Source of the DNA: Candidatus Heimdallarchaeota archaeon
GTDB taxonomy: Archaea; Asgardarchaeota; Heimdallarchaeia; Heimdallarchaeales; Heimdallarchaeaceae
NCBI GenBank assembly: GCA_019057375.1
Contig: DXJF01000011.1
Span: 58,922 to 122,921 of the forward strand
DNA length: 64,000 bases
Direction: 5' to 3'
Positions 47,559-56,837 of the stretch are shown here, in pieces. A model generated the notes under the pieces. The model was given only the letters and a program-made list of their open reading frames with translations, was not told where the DNA came from and did no database searches. How positions within the stretch are numbered: position 1 is the stretch's first letter; each line of letters starts with the position of its first letter. A program made the translations under genes and the position numbers.

Positions 47559-48487
47559 TTTCTTACCTCTTGTAATATCTGCTTATCTGTTAATGCTTCC
47601 ACAAGTTCCATATTCTGAGAGCCATCCCTATTCTCTCTCTCGCCAAGAAGGTTCTTTGCAATTTGAGCGATTACTCTTTTCTTTGGATCTTTATCTTTGG
47701 AGAGTTCTTTCACTCTTTTCATTAATTCTTGGTATCTTATATCGTTAATAACTGGATTAGATGTAACATTCTGAATTGAGCTAGTATCTATTACTAGACC
47801 TGGTCCATTAACGAAATTAAGCGGATAGATTCCTTCGTGATGGGGTGTTTTTCTAGATTTAACAACCTTACAAGTTCTGTTGTATTTTCCCCCCAAACCT
47901 AGATTTTGTATGTGAATAACACTATCAGATAAGTAAATAGGTACTCTTGTTTCTTTGGCACCAATATCTGTTTGGCCAAAAGCATTAGGTTCTTCAACAG
48001 TTTGCAATACTGTACCTAGAGAGCTCAAATGGTGATAAATTTTAGTTAGAACCTTTCGTTGCTCTTTCTCTGAAGGAAATTCCCACAATATTGGAGTAAG
48101 TGGATCTAAAATGATTCTTGTGTGTTTAACATTTCGATGTTTCAATTTTTGTGCTAAGGCTGGGAGTATATTTGTCATAAACTCTACAATCTTCTCACTT
48201 TCAACTAAATGAATTAGGTCTTCAGCATCATTTGTCATTTCATTAATGTTAATTCCCAAAGATTCGGCTTCCCCAATCAATTTTGATGGGGTTTCTTCAA
48301 AGGACAAATAAAGGGTATGATCTTCTTCTAAAAGTCCTTGATATAAGTAAGCTAAGGCAACAGTAGTTTTTCCTGTTCCACTACTACCTACTATGGAATT
48401 AATAGAATTCTTGATTATTCCACCATTCATTAGAACATCAAGACCTTCTATCCCCGAAGATATTCTTTCGTGGTTTATCATAGACAT
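47555..48487 (-). CDS. KaiC-like/RecA-superfamily single-domain ATPase
   Basis: ISSGIEGLDVLMNGGI...VGSSGTGKTTVALAYL...LYLSFEE. Confidence 0.8.
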   Translation of the reverse strand: MSMINHERISSGIEGLDVLMNGGIIKNSINSIVGSSGTGKTTVALAYLYQGLLEEDHTLYLSFEETPSKLIGEAESLGININEMTNDAEDLIHLVESEKIVEFMTNILPALAQKLKHRNVKHTRIILDPLTPILWEFPSEKEQRKVLTKIYHHLSSLGTVLQTVEEPNAFGQTDIGAKETRVPIYLSDSVIHIQNLGLGGKYNRTCKVVKSRKTPHHEGIYPLNFVNGPGLVIDTSSIQNVTSNPVINDIRYQELMKRVKELSKDKDPKKRVIAQIAKNLLGERENRDGSQNMELVEALTDKQILQEVRK

Positions 48488-48643
48488 CTATAGTTATACA
48501 CTAACAACCTAAATAAACTCCACAATTTCTAATTGGGAGTAAATTATTATATCAATCGCTCTAAGCTTTAATTAGTTTAATATGCGAATGAACACAAAGA
48601 GTAACATTTTAGAAAAGAAACAAAATTATCATTCTAGAGTATA

Positions 48644-49402
48644 ATGAGTTCATTTTTACAAAAGATAAAAGATCTATTTGCTTCTGAGGAAAAAAAATTC
48701 ACCAAAACACTATTAGAAGAGTTAGAAACAACAAACTTCATCAATATAAGAAAGATTCAATCAAACCTTTCTTTGGAAAAACGCTATGTAGCGATTAGTA
48801 ACTTACTTTCAAACAGAAAAATGGCAGGTATTTTTCTTCCGGAGAAATTTCACTTCTTTTCCATTTCAGATGAGGAATTATCGGAAATCAGGAATTCACT
48901 TAAAAAACAAGGGGTTGTAGAAATGTCCTTAATCAAGAATCGCTGGACTGTAACAGAAAAAACCTTACTTCCACTGTTGAATCATCTAGAAAAAGGAATT
49001 ATTGGTGATAAGAAATATTTCACAATTACTTATCTTCAAAATGCTATAAGTTCCTCCTTAACAAATGTCCCAGAATATGAGATTCAGAAGTTTGAGAAAA
49101 AATTTGGGATAGAAGTGGACACTTTTGCTCAGATTATTATTAGTATGATTAAAGATGAAATACTTAAAGGTGTATTAAGAAATAATTTGGTATTTTTAAG
49201 TTCAGAAACCTTTGAAAATATTGTTACTGAGTTTCTAGAGGATAAATTGGATAGTGAAAAAGAACTATCTTTTGATGAAATCTCCTCTGAACTAGAAGTA
49301 CCTTCAACGAATATTGAACCTTTTCTTGTAAGTTATGTTAATAAAAATCCAGCTAGTTTAGTTATTTATCCGTTGGAGAAAAAGATAATCTTCAAGGGAT
49401 AA
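48644..49402 (+). CDS. hypothetical protein (possible tandem winged-helix)
   Basis: 252-aa coding-like frame with no motif that I recognised. Confidence 0.45.
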   Translation: MSSFLQKIKDLFASEEKKFTKTLLEELETTNFINIRKIQSNLSLEKRYVAISNLLSNRKMAGIFLPEKFHFFSISDEELSEIRNSLKKQGVVEMSLIKNRWTVTEKTLLPLLNHLEKGIIGDKKYFTITYLQNAISSSLTNVPEYEIQKFEKKFGIEVDTFAQIIISMIKDEILKGVLRNNLVFLSSETFENIVTEFLEDKLDSEKELSFDEISSELEVPSTNIEPFLVSYVNKNPASLVIYPLEKKIIFKG

Positions 49403-49493
49403 TTAATACAATTAAAGAAACTTAAGGAATTTCTTTACTCTTATATGTCGAAATCTTTAAAATAGTATGTTGTAACCCGAACTTTAGATAAGA

Positions 49494-49919
49494 ATGGCTA
49501 GAAGATTACCGTGGTTACTACCTGGAATTCGCAGACCTAATTTCAATCTACATCAAATATCAATTCGTATGCCAAAACGAATTCCCAGAAGTTTAATTTA
49601 CGTTCTCATATATGGGATTGTATTCTATATCTTTGGTGGTGGAGCATATATGGTTGTAAATCAGGATGTTCTGATAAGTATAGGTCAATTTGGTAATAGC
49701 CCTCTTTTCATCGCACGTTCATTACATACACAATATCTAATTGAAGGATTGGTTATAGGATTTATATTGGTTTTCGGAGCAGTAAGTCTATATTTGCTTG
49801 ATTATGCAACAAAATTTGCTTTTGATGTTGGAACTGCTCAAAAAGTTGAGCTGATTGGAACAGTCTTAGTAATTGTATGGTACATTGCTGTGTTATTGAT
49901 TTTTAGAGCTAAATTATAA
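49494..49919 (+). CDS. three-TM protein resembling the eukaryotic oligosaccharyltransferase subunit OSTC/DC2
   Basis: It matches my recollection of human OSTC in length, topology and motifs. The motifs are P-x-L-x...MP, FGGGAYMVV vs ITGGIIYDVI, and TQYLIEGL vs GQYIMEGL, followed by LLD vs ILD. Confidence 0.45.
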   Translation: MARRLPWLLPGIRRPNFNLHQISIRMPKRIPRSLIYVLIYGIVFYIFGGGAYMVVNQDVLISIGQFGNSPLFIARSLHTQYLIEGLVIGFILVFGAVSLYLLDYATKFAFDVGTAQKVELIGTVLVIVWYIAVLLIFRAKL

Positions 49920-49924
49920 GTAGA

Positions 49925-50563
49925 TTAATACCTACTTTTGATTGTTTCAATACCATTATTAGTTATTTTATAAAAAATTTCCTCTTTTTCTTGCTGTGCT
50001 TTCCACAGTGTTTTATTAACATGTCTTAGATTAATTATTCTGTCTGAATAATTCATTATAGCTGAATTTGCTACAGGTCTAATAATTCTCTTATCCTTTT
50101 CTCTGAAAGCTGTGACTTGATTTGTTATTAAAACAGGAACCTGGTATTCTTTGCTAATCATGTTTAGGTATGCCATTTGCAATGTTAGTAGTTTATATAA
50201 ACTCATTTCATTGATATCTGAGCTTCTAAATCTAAAATGATCCGTTATCCCATTAATGGCCATGAATGCGTAATCTGTGTTTGAAATAAAATTATGAACT
50301 TTCATCAATGTTTTAATTTGTTGACTCTTGTTAAATAAGCTAATAACGGTGATATTTTTTAGTTCCACCTTGTAATTCAGATTAACTTCCATTAATCTCT
50401 GTGCACTAAAATTTATCTCACAATCAAAAAATAGAGCTTTCTTCCCTTTTAGACCTCTACATGTATGATAAATTAATGTTGTTTTTCCTGAATTTGGAGG
50501 ACCCGCTATATGAGTTATACCTTGAGGAATTGTTCCGTATTCCAGTAAATCTCGAAACGCCAA
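49925..50563 (-). CDS. RadB-like RecA-superfamily ATPase
   Basis: Walker A GPPNSGKTTL in a 212-aa protein, with hydrophobic strands preceding D/N as in RadB. Confidence 0.6.
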   Translation of the reverse strand: MAFRDLLEYGTIPQGITHIAGPPNSGKTTLIYHTCRGLKGKKALFFDCEINFSAQRLMEVNLNYKVELKNITVISLFNKSQQIKTLMKVHNFISNTDYAFMAINGITDHFRFRSSDINEMSLYKLLTLQMAYLNMISKEYQVPVLITNQVTAFREKDKRIIRPVANSAIMNYSDRIINLRHVNKTLWKAQQEKEEIFYKITNNGIETIKSRY

Positions 50564-50646
50564 ATCTAATCACTGATATTAGAGAATATCAATTTACTTT
50601 AATTTCATTATATATTAAAGCTTTGAAAAAAAGATAATTTTCTTAT

Positions 50647-50871
50647 CTAAATCAGTAATAGGTAAATTATCAAGGAGAAAATAATAATTCCGATACCTTT
50701 TCCAATTTTGTTTAAGTTATAACCTAGATTCCTTTGAATTAATCCCTTACTTGTTTTTTCAGTTGTAATCATTAAACCGATCCAAATTCCTGTTTTAGAG
50801 GCATAAAGAAGAATCAATAGAACCACATCGAGAATATATTGAAGGGTTACTTCTCCAATTTCTGCTGCCAT
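50647..50871 (-). CDS. small membrane protein
   Basis: Two or three hydrophobic helices. Confidence 0.35.
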   Translation of the reverse strand: MAAEIGEVTLQYILDVVLLILLYASKTGIWIGLMITTEKTSKGLIQRNLGYNLNKIGKGIGIIIFSLIIYLLLI

Positions 50872-50942
50872 TTCTTCTCAAATATTAAAACATAGTTTAA
50901 GTTAAATACTCCACGAAAATCAAGGAAAGATTTTTTCTGTTA

Positions 50943-51725
50943 CTACCTTTGAATCTTTAGCATTTCAGGCATCATACTTTTGTGTTTATTATTTTTTATT
51001 AATCTCTTTATTCTATCTACTTGATTTTTCTTTAATCCAATTGTTTTAATTAACTCCTTTTCACTCAATCCATTTTCTAAACCAAGGAGTAATAGATCTA
51101 GCTTTTTATAAGAAATCCCTATTTCTTCCTCATCGGTTTGCTTAACCCAAAGCCCTGCAGTTGGAGGTTTTGTTATGATTTTTGGATTCACATTAAGTTT
51201 TTCAGCTATTCTATACAATTCTGTTTTGTAAATGTCTCCTACAGGCCATATATCTGCAGCTAAATCGCCGAATTTAGTTCCATAGCCTATTAAAATCTCG
51301 GATTTATTTGACGTTCCTATTACTAATTTGTTTTCAAGATTAGATATTGTGTAAAGGTTAACTCCTCTTAATCGAGCTTTCAAATTTCCTTTGGCTAACC
51401 GATTCTCTTTCAATTCTGAATGTACTGTTATCATTTCCTTTACCAAAGATGAAATATCAATGATTTGGAGAGGAATGTCTAATTGTTTAGCTGTTAATTG
51501 AGCATCTTGAGTATGAATTGGATCGAGTTCTTTTTCAGGTAAATGAATAAGTGATATCTTTTCTTTACCAATAGTAAGGGCTGTTAAGTGTGCAATAACT
51601 GCAGAATCAATTCCACCACTGAGACCAATTACTGCCCCTTTTGTTTTTGAAATTTCAATTTTTTGCCTTATAAACTTTTTAATTTCTTCAATTATGACGT
51701 TTTCATCTTTAAGGAAACCTTTCAT
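50943..51725 (-). CDS. nadE: NH3-dependent NAD+ synthetase
   Basis: PP-loop GLSGGIDSAV in a 260-aa protein. Confidence 0.88.
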   Translation of the reverse strand: MKGFLKDENVIIEEIKKFIRQKIEISKTKGAVIGLSGGIDSAVIAHLTALTIGKEKISLIHLPEKELDPIHTQDAQLTAKQLDIPLQIIDISSLVKEMITVHSELKENRLAKGNLKARLRGVNLYTISNLENKLVIGTSNKSEILIGYGTKFGDLAADIWPVGDIYKTELYRIAEKLNVNPKIITKPPTAGLWVKQTDEEEIGISYKKLDLLLLGLENGLSEKELIKTIGLKKNQVDRIKRLIKNNKHKSMMPEMLKIQR

Positions 51726-51797
51726 TTAACTCATAATATCTAAATAATTGAGCTTAATAATTCTTTCAATACGAATATATGAATACAAAACAGTCTA

Positions 51798-51873
51798 TGG
51801 AGCCCCGAAGGGGGTTTGAACCCCTGACCTTTACCTTACCAAGGTAACGCTCTACCAGCTGAGCTATCGAGGC
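51798..51873 (-). tRNA. tRNA-Thr (anticodon GGU), CCA encoded
   Basis: The hand-folded cloverleaf is GCCTCGA-TA-GCTC-AGCTGGTA-GAGC-G-TTACC-TTGGTAA-GGTAA-AGGTC-AGGGG-TTCAAAC-CCCCT-TCGGGGC-T-CCA. Confidence 0.85.
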
Positions 51874-52071
51874 AAATTCAATAAAATCCTTTTTATATAA
51901 TTTTTAAAGATTCTGATTCAATGTTATAATTATAAGAAAAAACCCTATAAATTTTCCATACTCTTTCAACAAATCCTCTATTTTCGAAATTAGAAATAAA
52001 AATCCACAAAGGGCGAAAAGTCTAAATATACTTTCTTTAATTTCCTAACAAATTACTTAATAAGGGATAAT

Positions 52072-53169
52072 ATGAAAAATCGCACTTTAGCATTCTTATT
52101 GCTCTGCTTGGTAACAGTAACGAATGTACCCTACGTATATGATATTTCTGGTCAACAGGCACTGAATTATGTAATTCTTTTTGATGAATCACATGGACAA
52201 GTTTTCAATAGGACTTTTATGGACACTGCTTTAAGCTCCCTTACTAATATTACAATTGAAGATCCTGACACTGAGCTTGTAATTAAACTTTTATTCCAGA
52301 CTGAATCAAGATTTAATTCTACAAACCTTCAAGGTGTAAATCTGCTCATTTTTACAAACCCTGGACTTGGAGACGATGATGGCTTAGACCAAACAGAGAA
52401 AGATGCAATCCTTGATTACGTAGAACTTGGTGGATCTTTATTTCTACTTTGCAATCCATTGACTCAACAGGATAATATAACAGGTCATCCTACCACAATG
52501 AATGAATTACTAAATGAGAGAGACAATTGGTTAACATCTGCAAGATTCATGTTTGGAGCAAACCAGTCACTTTCTAGAGTAATTGTAGATGATTTCAATA
52601 GTACATATGGAAATACAACTCATGTAACATTTAATGAGTATAATTCAACAAGGACAATTTTCAATGAAAACATAGATTTTTTCTGGCAGGAAACAAAAAT
52701 TGACAATGTTACAATTTACTCAGACTCTATTTCATTAGGAAATGAAAGACTGGAGGACGAGTCATTGGAAAAAATAGTTCAAGTTGGAAGAACACCCATT
52801 ACATCATACGCAATTAATGAAGAATATGATATATTTAGAGATCCAACCAAGGGTTTCCTTACTTGGCTTTTTGCAAAAAAAACCAGAAGCACCAGATTAG
52901 TCATGTCAGGTTCAACAATAATGTTCAGTGACTTAGAGATTGCAGAAAATTCAACTTGGATTGAACAGAATCAGAATCTCGAACTATGGAACAATCTCAT
53001 TCTCTGGCTCCTGAAATATACCCCTCATCCAGAAAGAGATCCTCCTGCAATATGGGTTTTCGAGAATTATGCTTTGCTTGTTTTTGCTCTTTCTGCTGTA
53101 ATTTTTGGCATTTCAATTTTTGTTTTCAAATATAGAAATAAAAGAAGAACCACTGTTAAAATCAAGTGA
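52072..53169 (+). CDS. secreted protein with C-terminal TM anchor (DUF4350/GldG-like fold possible)
   Basis: It has a signal peptide, many N-x-S/T sequons, and a C-terminal hydrophobic helix plus basic tail. Confidence 0.55.
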   Translation: MKNRTLAFLLLCLVTVTNVPYVYDISGQQALNYVILFDESHGQVFNRTFMDTALSSLTNITIEDPDTELVIKLLFQTESRFNSTNLQGVNLLIFTNPGLGDDDGLDQTEKDAILDYVELGGSLFLLCNPLTQQDNITGHPTTMNELLNERDNWLTSARFMFGANQSLSRVIVDDFNSTYGNTTHVTFNEYNSTRTIFNENIDFFWQETKIDNVTIYSDSISLGNERLEDESLEKIVQVGRTPITSYAINEEYDIFRDPTKGFLTWLFAKKTRSTRLVMSGSTIMFSDLEIAENSTWIEQNQNLELWNNLILWLLKYTPHPERDPPAIWVFENYALLVFALSAVIFGISIFVFKYRNKRRTTVKIK

Positions 53170-53248
53170 TTACAAAGTTCTCTTCATATTTTTTGTTTTT
53201 TCTCTTTTACAAAAAGTGGTGTATAAATATTCAAATTTCTTTATTTTT

Positions 53249-54514
53249 ATGATGAATGTTCAGAGAACGCATGATGCTAGTACGGAAGTTCTTAGGTTGC
53301 TAAAATCATTATTTAATGGTGAAATAGATATAGTTGACTTTAGATTTGAAATTAGTGAATATTCCCAAACTATGGCTAAGAATCTTTTCAGAGACAGCTT
53401 CCCTAGATTTAATCAGAATTTGAGAGATAAGCTTACTAATATTTTCCTAAGATATTGTTATAATGAAAAAAATGTTCAAATGAATGAATTTTGGAAGTTT
53501 ACTAGTTATAAAGATTTTTGGATTGAAATAAAGAACTTTCATGATTGTATATATTCAAGAAGAATGAATTTAAGTGAGGTCGTTCAATTTTTTGAGATAA
53601 ATCTATTAACAAATAAGAGAAAAGTAAAACTAGACTTTGTGGAAAGAAAAGTAATAGAAAAACTTGATAAAAACCCCAATATTCTCAATAAGGATTTGGC
53701 AAACGAGCTGAATATTTCAGAGAAAAGAATAAGTAATGTAATTAATTCCCTGAAATCAAGAGGAGTTTTTCTTGGTTGTTTTGCCGATTATTCTCAAATA
53801 GATGCTTATGAATTCTTTGGTTTCACTGAAATTGAGAATTCTAGTAATGAGCTTAAATTCTTAGATAAAATAATTTTGTTTCCAGATTTCAAACTCTTTC
53901 ATGGTTTATCTTTTCAAGAAATTAAACAGCCTTACATCTATCAAGTTGTAAATAAAAAAATAGTTTGTAACACAGAAGTGTTGAACCGTGGTCTTTCGTT
54001 TCAGGATTGGATTTCTATAAATAGCTCTAAGAAAACTTCGAAAAGCTTGGATCAAGAGAAAGATTCCGATGATTTTTATGTTCCTACATCAAGTAAAAAT
54101 CACGTGCTACAACTCATGAAGAACTGTGAAACAGATTTTAGAAGACCAAATATTAAAAAAATAGCAGAAGAAAACAATGTTTCCATTAGAACATTATTTA
54201 GAATTAAATCTAAACTTAAAGATAGAGGATTAATCCAACCCCAAATCATTGTGGAAAATGATGAATTGATGACTTTAGTAATTATCTCCTCAAAAGAACT
54301 TCTTGAGTTTTACAACAAAGTACCATTTGTTAAATCATATGAAGTCCAAAACATGGAAACCAATAGTAAATGGTTTTCTTTCATATCTATTTTTGCTAGT
54401 GATTTTACCCTTATTTATTCAAAACTTAAGAATCACTCAGAGATTTTCCTAGTTGTAGGAAAAAAAGCAGTAAATTTAATATCACAATCCAATCAAAAGA
54501 TTTATACAAATTAA
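53249..54514 (+). CDS. transcription regulator with two wHTH modules
   Basis: The HTH motifs are KVIEKLDKNPNILNKDLANELNISEKRISNVINSLKSRGVF and KIAEENNVSIRTLFRIKSKLKDRGLI. I prefer a start at MMNVQ (53249) to the track start 53105, which overlaps the previous gene. Confidence 0.6.
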   Translation: MMNVQRTHDASTEVLRLLKSLFNGEIDIVDFRFEISEYSQTMAKNLFRDSFPRFNQNLRDKLTNIFLRYCYNEKNVQMNEFWKFTSYKDFWIEIKNFHDCIYSRRMNLSEVVQFFEINLLTNKRKVKLDFVERKVIEKLDKNPNILNKDLANELNISEKRISNVINSLKSRGVFLGCFADYSQIDAYEFFGFTEIENSSNELKFLDKIILFPDFKLFHGLSFQEIKQPYIYQVVNKKIVCNTEVLNRGLSFQDWISINSSKKTSKSLDQEKDSDDFYVPTSSKNHVLQLMKNCETDFRRPNIKKIAEENNVSIRTLFRIKSKLKDRGLIQPQIIVENDELMTLVIISSKELLEFYNKVPFVKSYEVQNMETNSKWFSFISIFASDFTLIYSKLKNHSEIFLVVGKKAVNLISQSNQKIYTN

Positions 54515-54531
54515 ATAAGGAAGTTTGTTGC

Positions 54532-56652
54532 ATGTCAAGTCAACGCTCATTAAAGGAAATAGTTGATATAATTTCAACTGAAACAGGTATGGGAAAAGAA
54601 GAGATTCATCAACTTATCAATGATAAGATGGAAGAACTAGGGGAGTTTGTGACACAGCTTGGGGCTGTTCATATTGTAGCAAGGGAAATGGGTGTTGACC
54701 TATCTTCAGAACCCCCAATTCAAGTACAAACCACTTTAAGTATCAATCAATTAGTTCCAGAAATAACCAATGTCAATCTATTAGGTCGTATTTATAGAAT
54801 TTACAACCAACATAATTTCAAGAAAAAAGATGGTTCCGATGGAGTTTTGCAATCGGTTCTCATTGAGGATAAAACTGGTAAAATTCGTGTTGTGTTTTGG
54901 GATCAGAAAGTAGTTGAGTTACAAGACACTAACTGCAAAGTAGGAGATCCAATAAGAATTTTAAATAGCTATACAAGAGCAGGGCGAGATGAATCTGTAG
55001 AGGTACACTTAGGAATAAGGAGCCAAATTCAAATTAGACCCTCAGGTATTGATGATTCTGAATTACCTGTATTTGAATCTGTATTTTCCAAAATTAAGAA
55101 TATTAGAGGAAATGAGATTGATCTTTCCTTAATTGGTAAGATAACTCAAAAAGATGATATCCTTGAATTTGAAAGGTCTGATGGTTCAAAAGGTAATAAA
55201 CAAGGTTTAGTCCTTGGTGATGAAACCGGAGAGATTTATGTTAATTTTTGGAATGAAAAAGCTGATGATGTTCAAGATATCGGTTTAGGAGATATTATTG
55301 AAGTTGTGGGGTTAGCTGCAAAAGTAGGACTAAAGGGACATCTAGAATTACATTCAAGCAAATACACAAATATTGTTAAGAGGGACAATTTGGCTGACAT
55401 AATTGTGAAAAAAGGTTTTGTTGGCTCAGGAACAGATATTGGTGCTCAATTATTACTGATAGATCAGATTACTGAGTTAAATTCTCTTATATCAACAAAA
55501 GGTTTGATAATTAATGTAAATCCCTTACATGAATTTTCTAGAGAAAATGGATCCCAAGGTAAAGTAAGAGACGTTACAATTTCTGATAGTACAGGGATTA
55601 TTCGTGTTGTTTTATGGGATGATAAAACTCAATTAGTAAATGAAAATGACATAAACAAAATTATTCCTATAATTAATGGTTTTACAAGAAAAGGAAAATA
55701 TTCAGACATTGAGATTCATTGTGGAAATCAAACACGAGTAGATGTTGAGAGCATAGATCCTAATTCAATTAGCCAATACCAGTTAGATTTTACAAACATT
55801 AAAGATGTCACTGACGAAATGAAGGAAGCACACATACAAGGTATTGTAAGTGATTTAAGTCCAATTCAAGATATAAAAACCAAAGAAGATGAAATCATTC
55901 AACTAAGAAACTTAAGAGTTGAAGATCAATCAGGTACCATTCGCATTACTTGTTGGCGTGAAAATGTAATTAAGATCTCTGAAGTAAGTATTGGTGATAG
56001 TATTGAAATTTATAATGCGGGTGTTAAAGAAGACGCTGGTTATGGCACTGAATTATTAATTAATAAAAATTCAATTGTAAGAAAATCATTAAATAATTCT
56101 TCTGATCCTCAAGGTTTTGTATCTAGCTTAAAGGTTTCTCCACTTAAAATTGACTTGGAAAAAATTAAAGATATAGAGGATATTGAAGAAGGAGATGAAG
56201 TTTCTATTCAAGCAACTGTAGTGAAACTCATAGAGAAACAATTTGTTTATCCATTATGTCCTGAATGTAAAAAGAAGATGAAAAAGGAAAATGGCAATTA
56301 CAATTGTGCAGTGCATGGAGATACTGATAAGCCATTAAATCGTATTCTTTTTACTTTCGTTGCTAATGATGGAACAGGAAACATCAATGTACTATGCGCA
56401 GGTAAATTGGCTGAAATTGTCTTAGAAATGTCTGCTGACTCTGCAGCAAGAATGGTGGAGGAAAATGAATCAGAAAAAGCTCCTTATTCCTTTTTAAAAG
56501 CTAAGAGTTTTGTTAATTCAGAATTGATAATAAGTGGCAAAGTAAATCAAAATCTTTATCTCAAAAGCTTAGAATTAATTGCAAACTCAATAGAGAAGGT
56601 TAGATATGCTGAAACAACCAAAAACATGGTAAAGCAGATTTATACTGAATAA
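54532..56652 (+). CDS. replication protein A (multi-OB-fold ssDNA-binding protein with zinc finger)
   Basis: Repeated OB-fold blocks (G-x-IRVV-x-WD), a zinc finger CPECKKKM...CAVHG, and an N-terminal helical domain typical of archaeal RPA. Confidence 0.8.
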   Translation: MSSQRSLKEIVDIISTETGMGKEEIHQLINDKMEELGEFVTQLGAVHIVAREMGVDLSSEPPIQVQTTLSINQLVPEITNVNLLGRIYRIYNQHNFKKKDGSDGVLQSVLIEDKTGKIRVVFWDQKVVELQDTNCKVGDPIRILNSYTRAGRDESVEVHLGIRSQIQIRPSGIDDSELPVFESVFSKIKNIRGNEIDLSLIGKITQKDDILEFERSDGSKGNKQGLVLGDETGEIYVNFWNEKADDVQDIGLGDIIEVVGLAAKVGLKGHLELHSSKYTNIVKRDNLADIIVKKGFVGSGTDIGAQLLLIDQITELNSLISTKGLIINVNPLHEFSRENGSQGKVRDVTISDSTGIIRVVLWDDKTQLVNENDINKIIPIINGFTRKGKYSDIEIHCGNQTRVDVESIDPNSISQYQLDFTNIKDVTDEMKEAHIQGIVSDLSPIQDIKTKEDEIIQLRNLRVEDQSGTIRITCWRENVIKISEVSIGDSIEIYNAGVKEDAGYGTELLINKNSIVRKSLNNSSDPQGFVSSLKVSPLKIDLEKIKDIEDIEEGDEVSIQATVVKLIEKQFVYPLCPECKKKMKKENGNYNCAVHGDTDKPLNRILFTFVANDGTGNINVLCAGKLAEIVLEMSADSAARMVEENESEKAPYSFLKAKSFVNSELIISGKVNQNLYLKSLELIANSIEKVRYAETTKNMVKQIYTE

Positions 56653-56837
56653 AGATACTTATTTTTTTTGCAATTGGTCGAAAAGCTTATTAATAAACAA
56701 AATGCAGCTTCAACCGGTTAGTATGGATTTCACTATAATAAAAACCGTGATAATTATTGTAATTATATTTGCCGTCATTTTTGCACTGTTTTACCATGCA
56801 TTTAGTGTAGGAAAAGAGGAAGAAACAATTTAGATGC

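Noticed and set aside
53105-53248. Track start of the 469-aa ORF
   Set aside because: The first 48 codons overlap the end of the preceding gene and are hydrophobic or low-complexity. The internal MMNVQ start at 53249 is more plausible.
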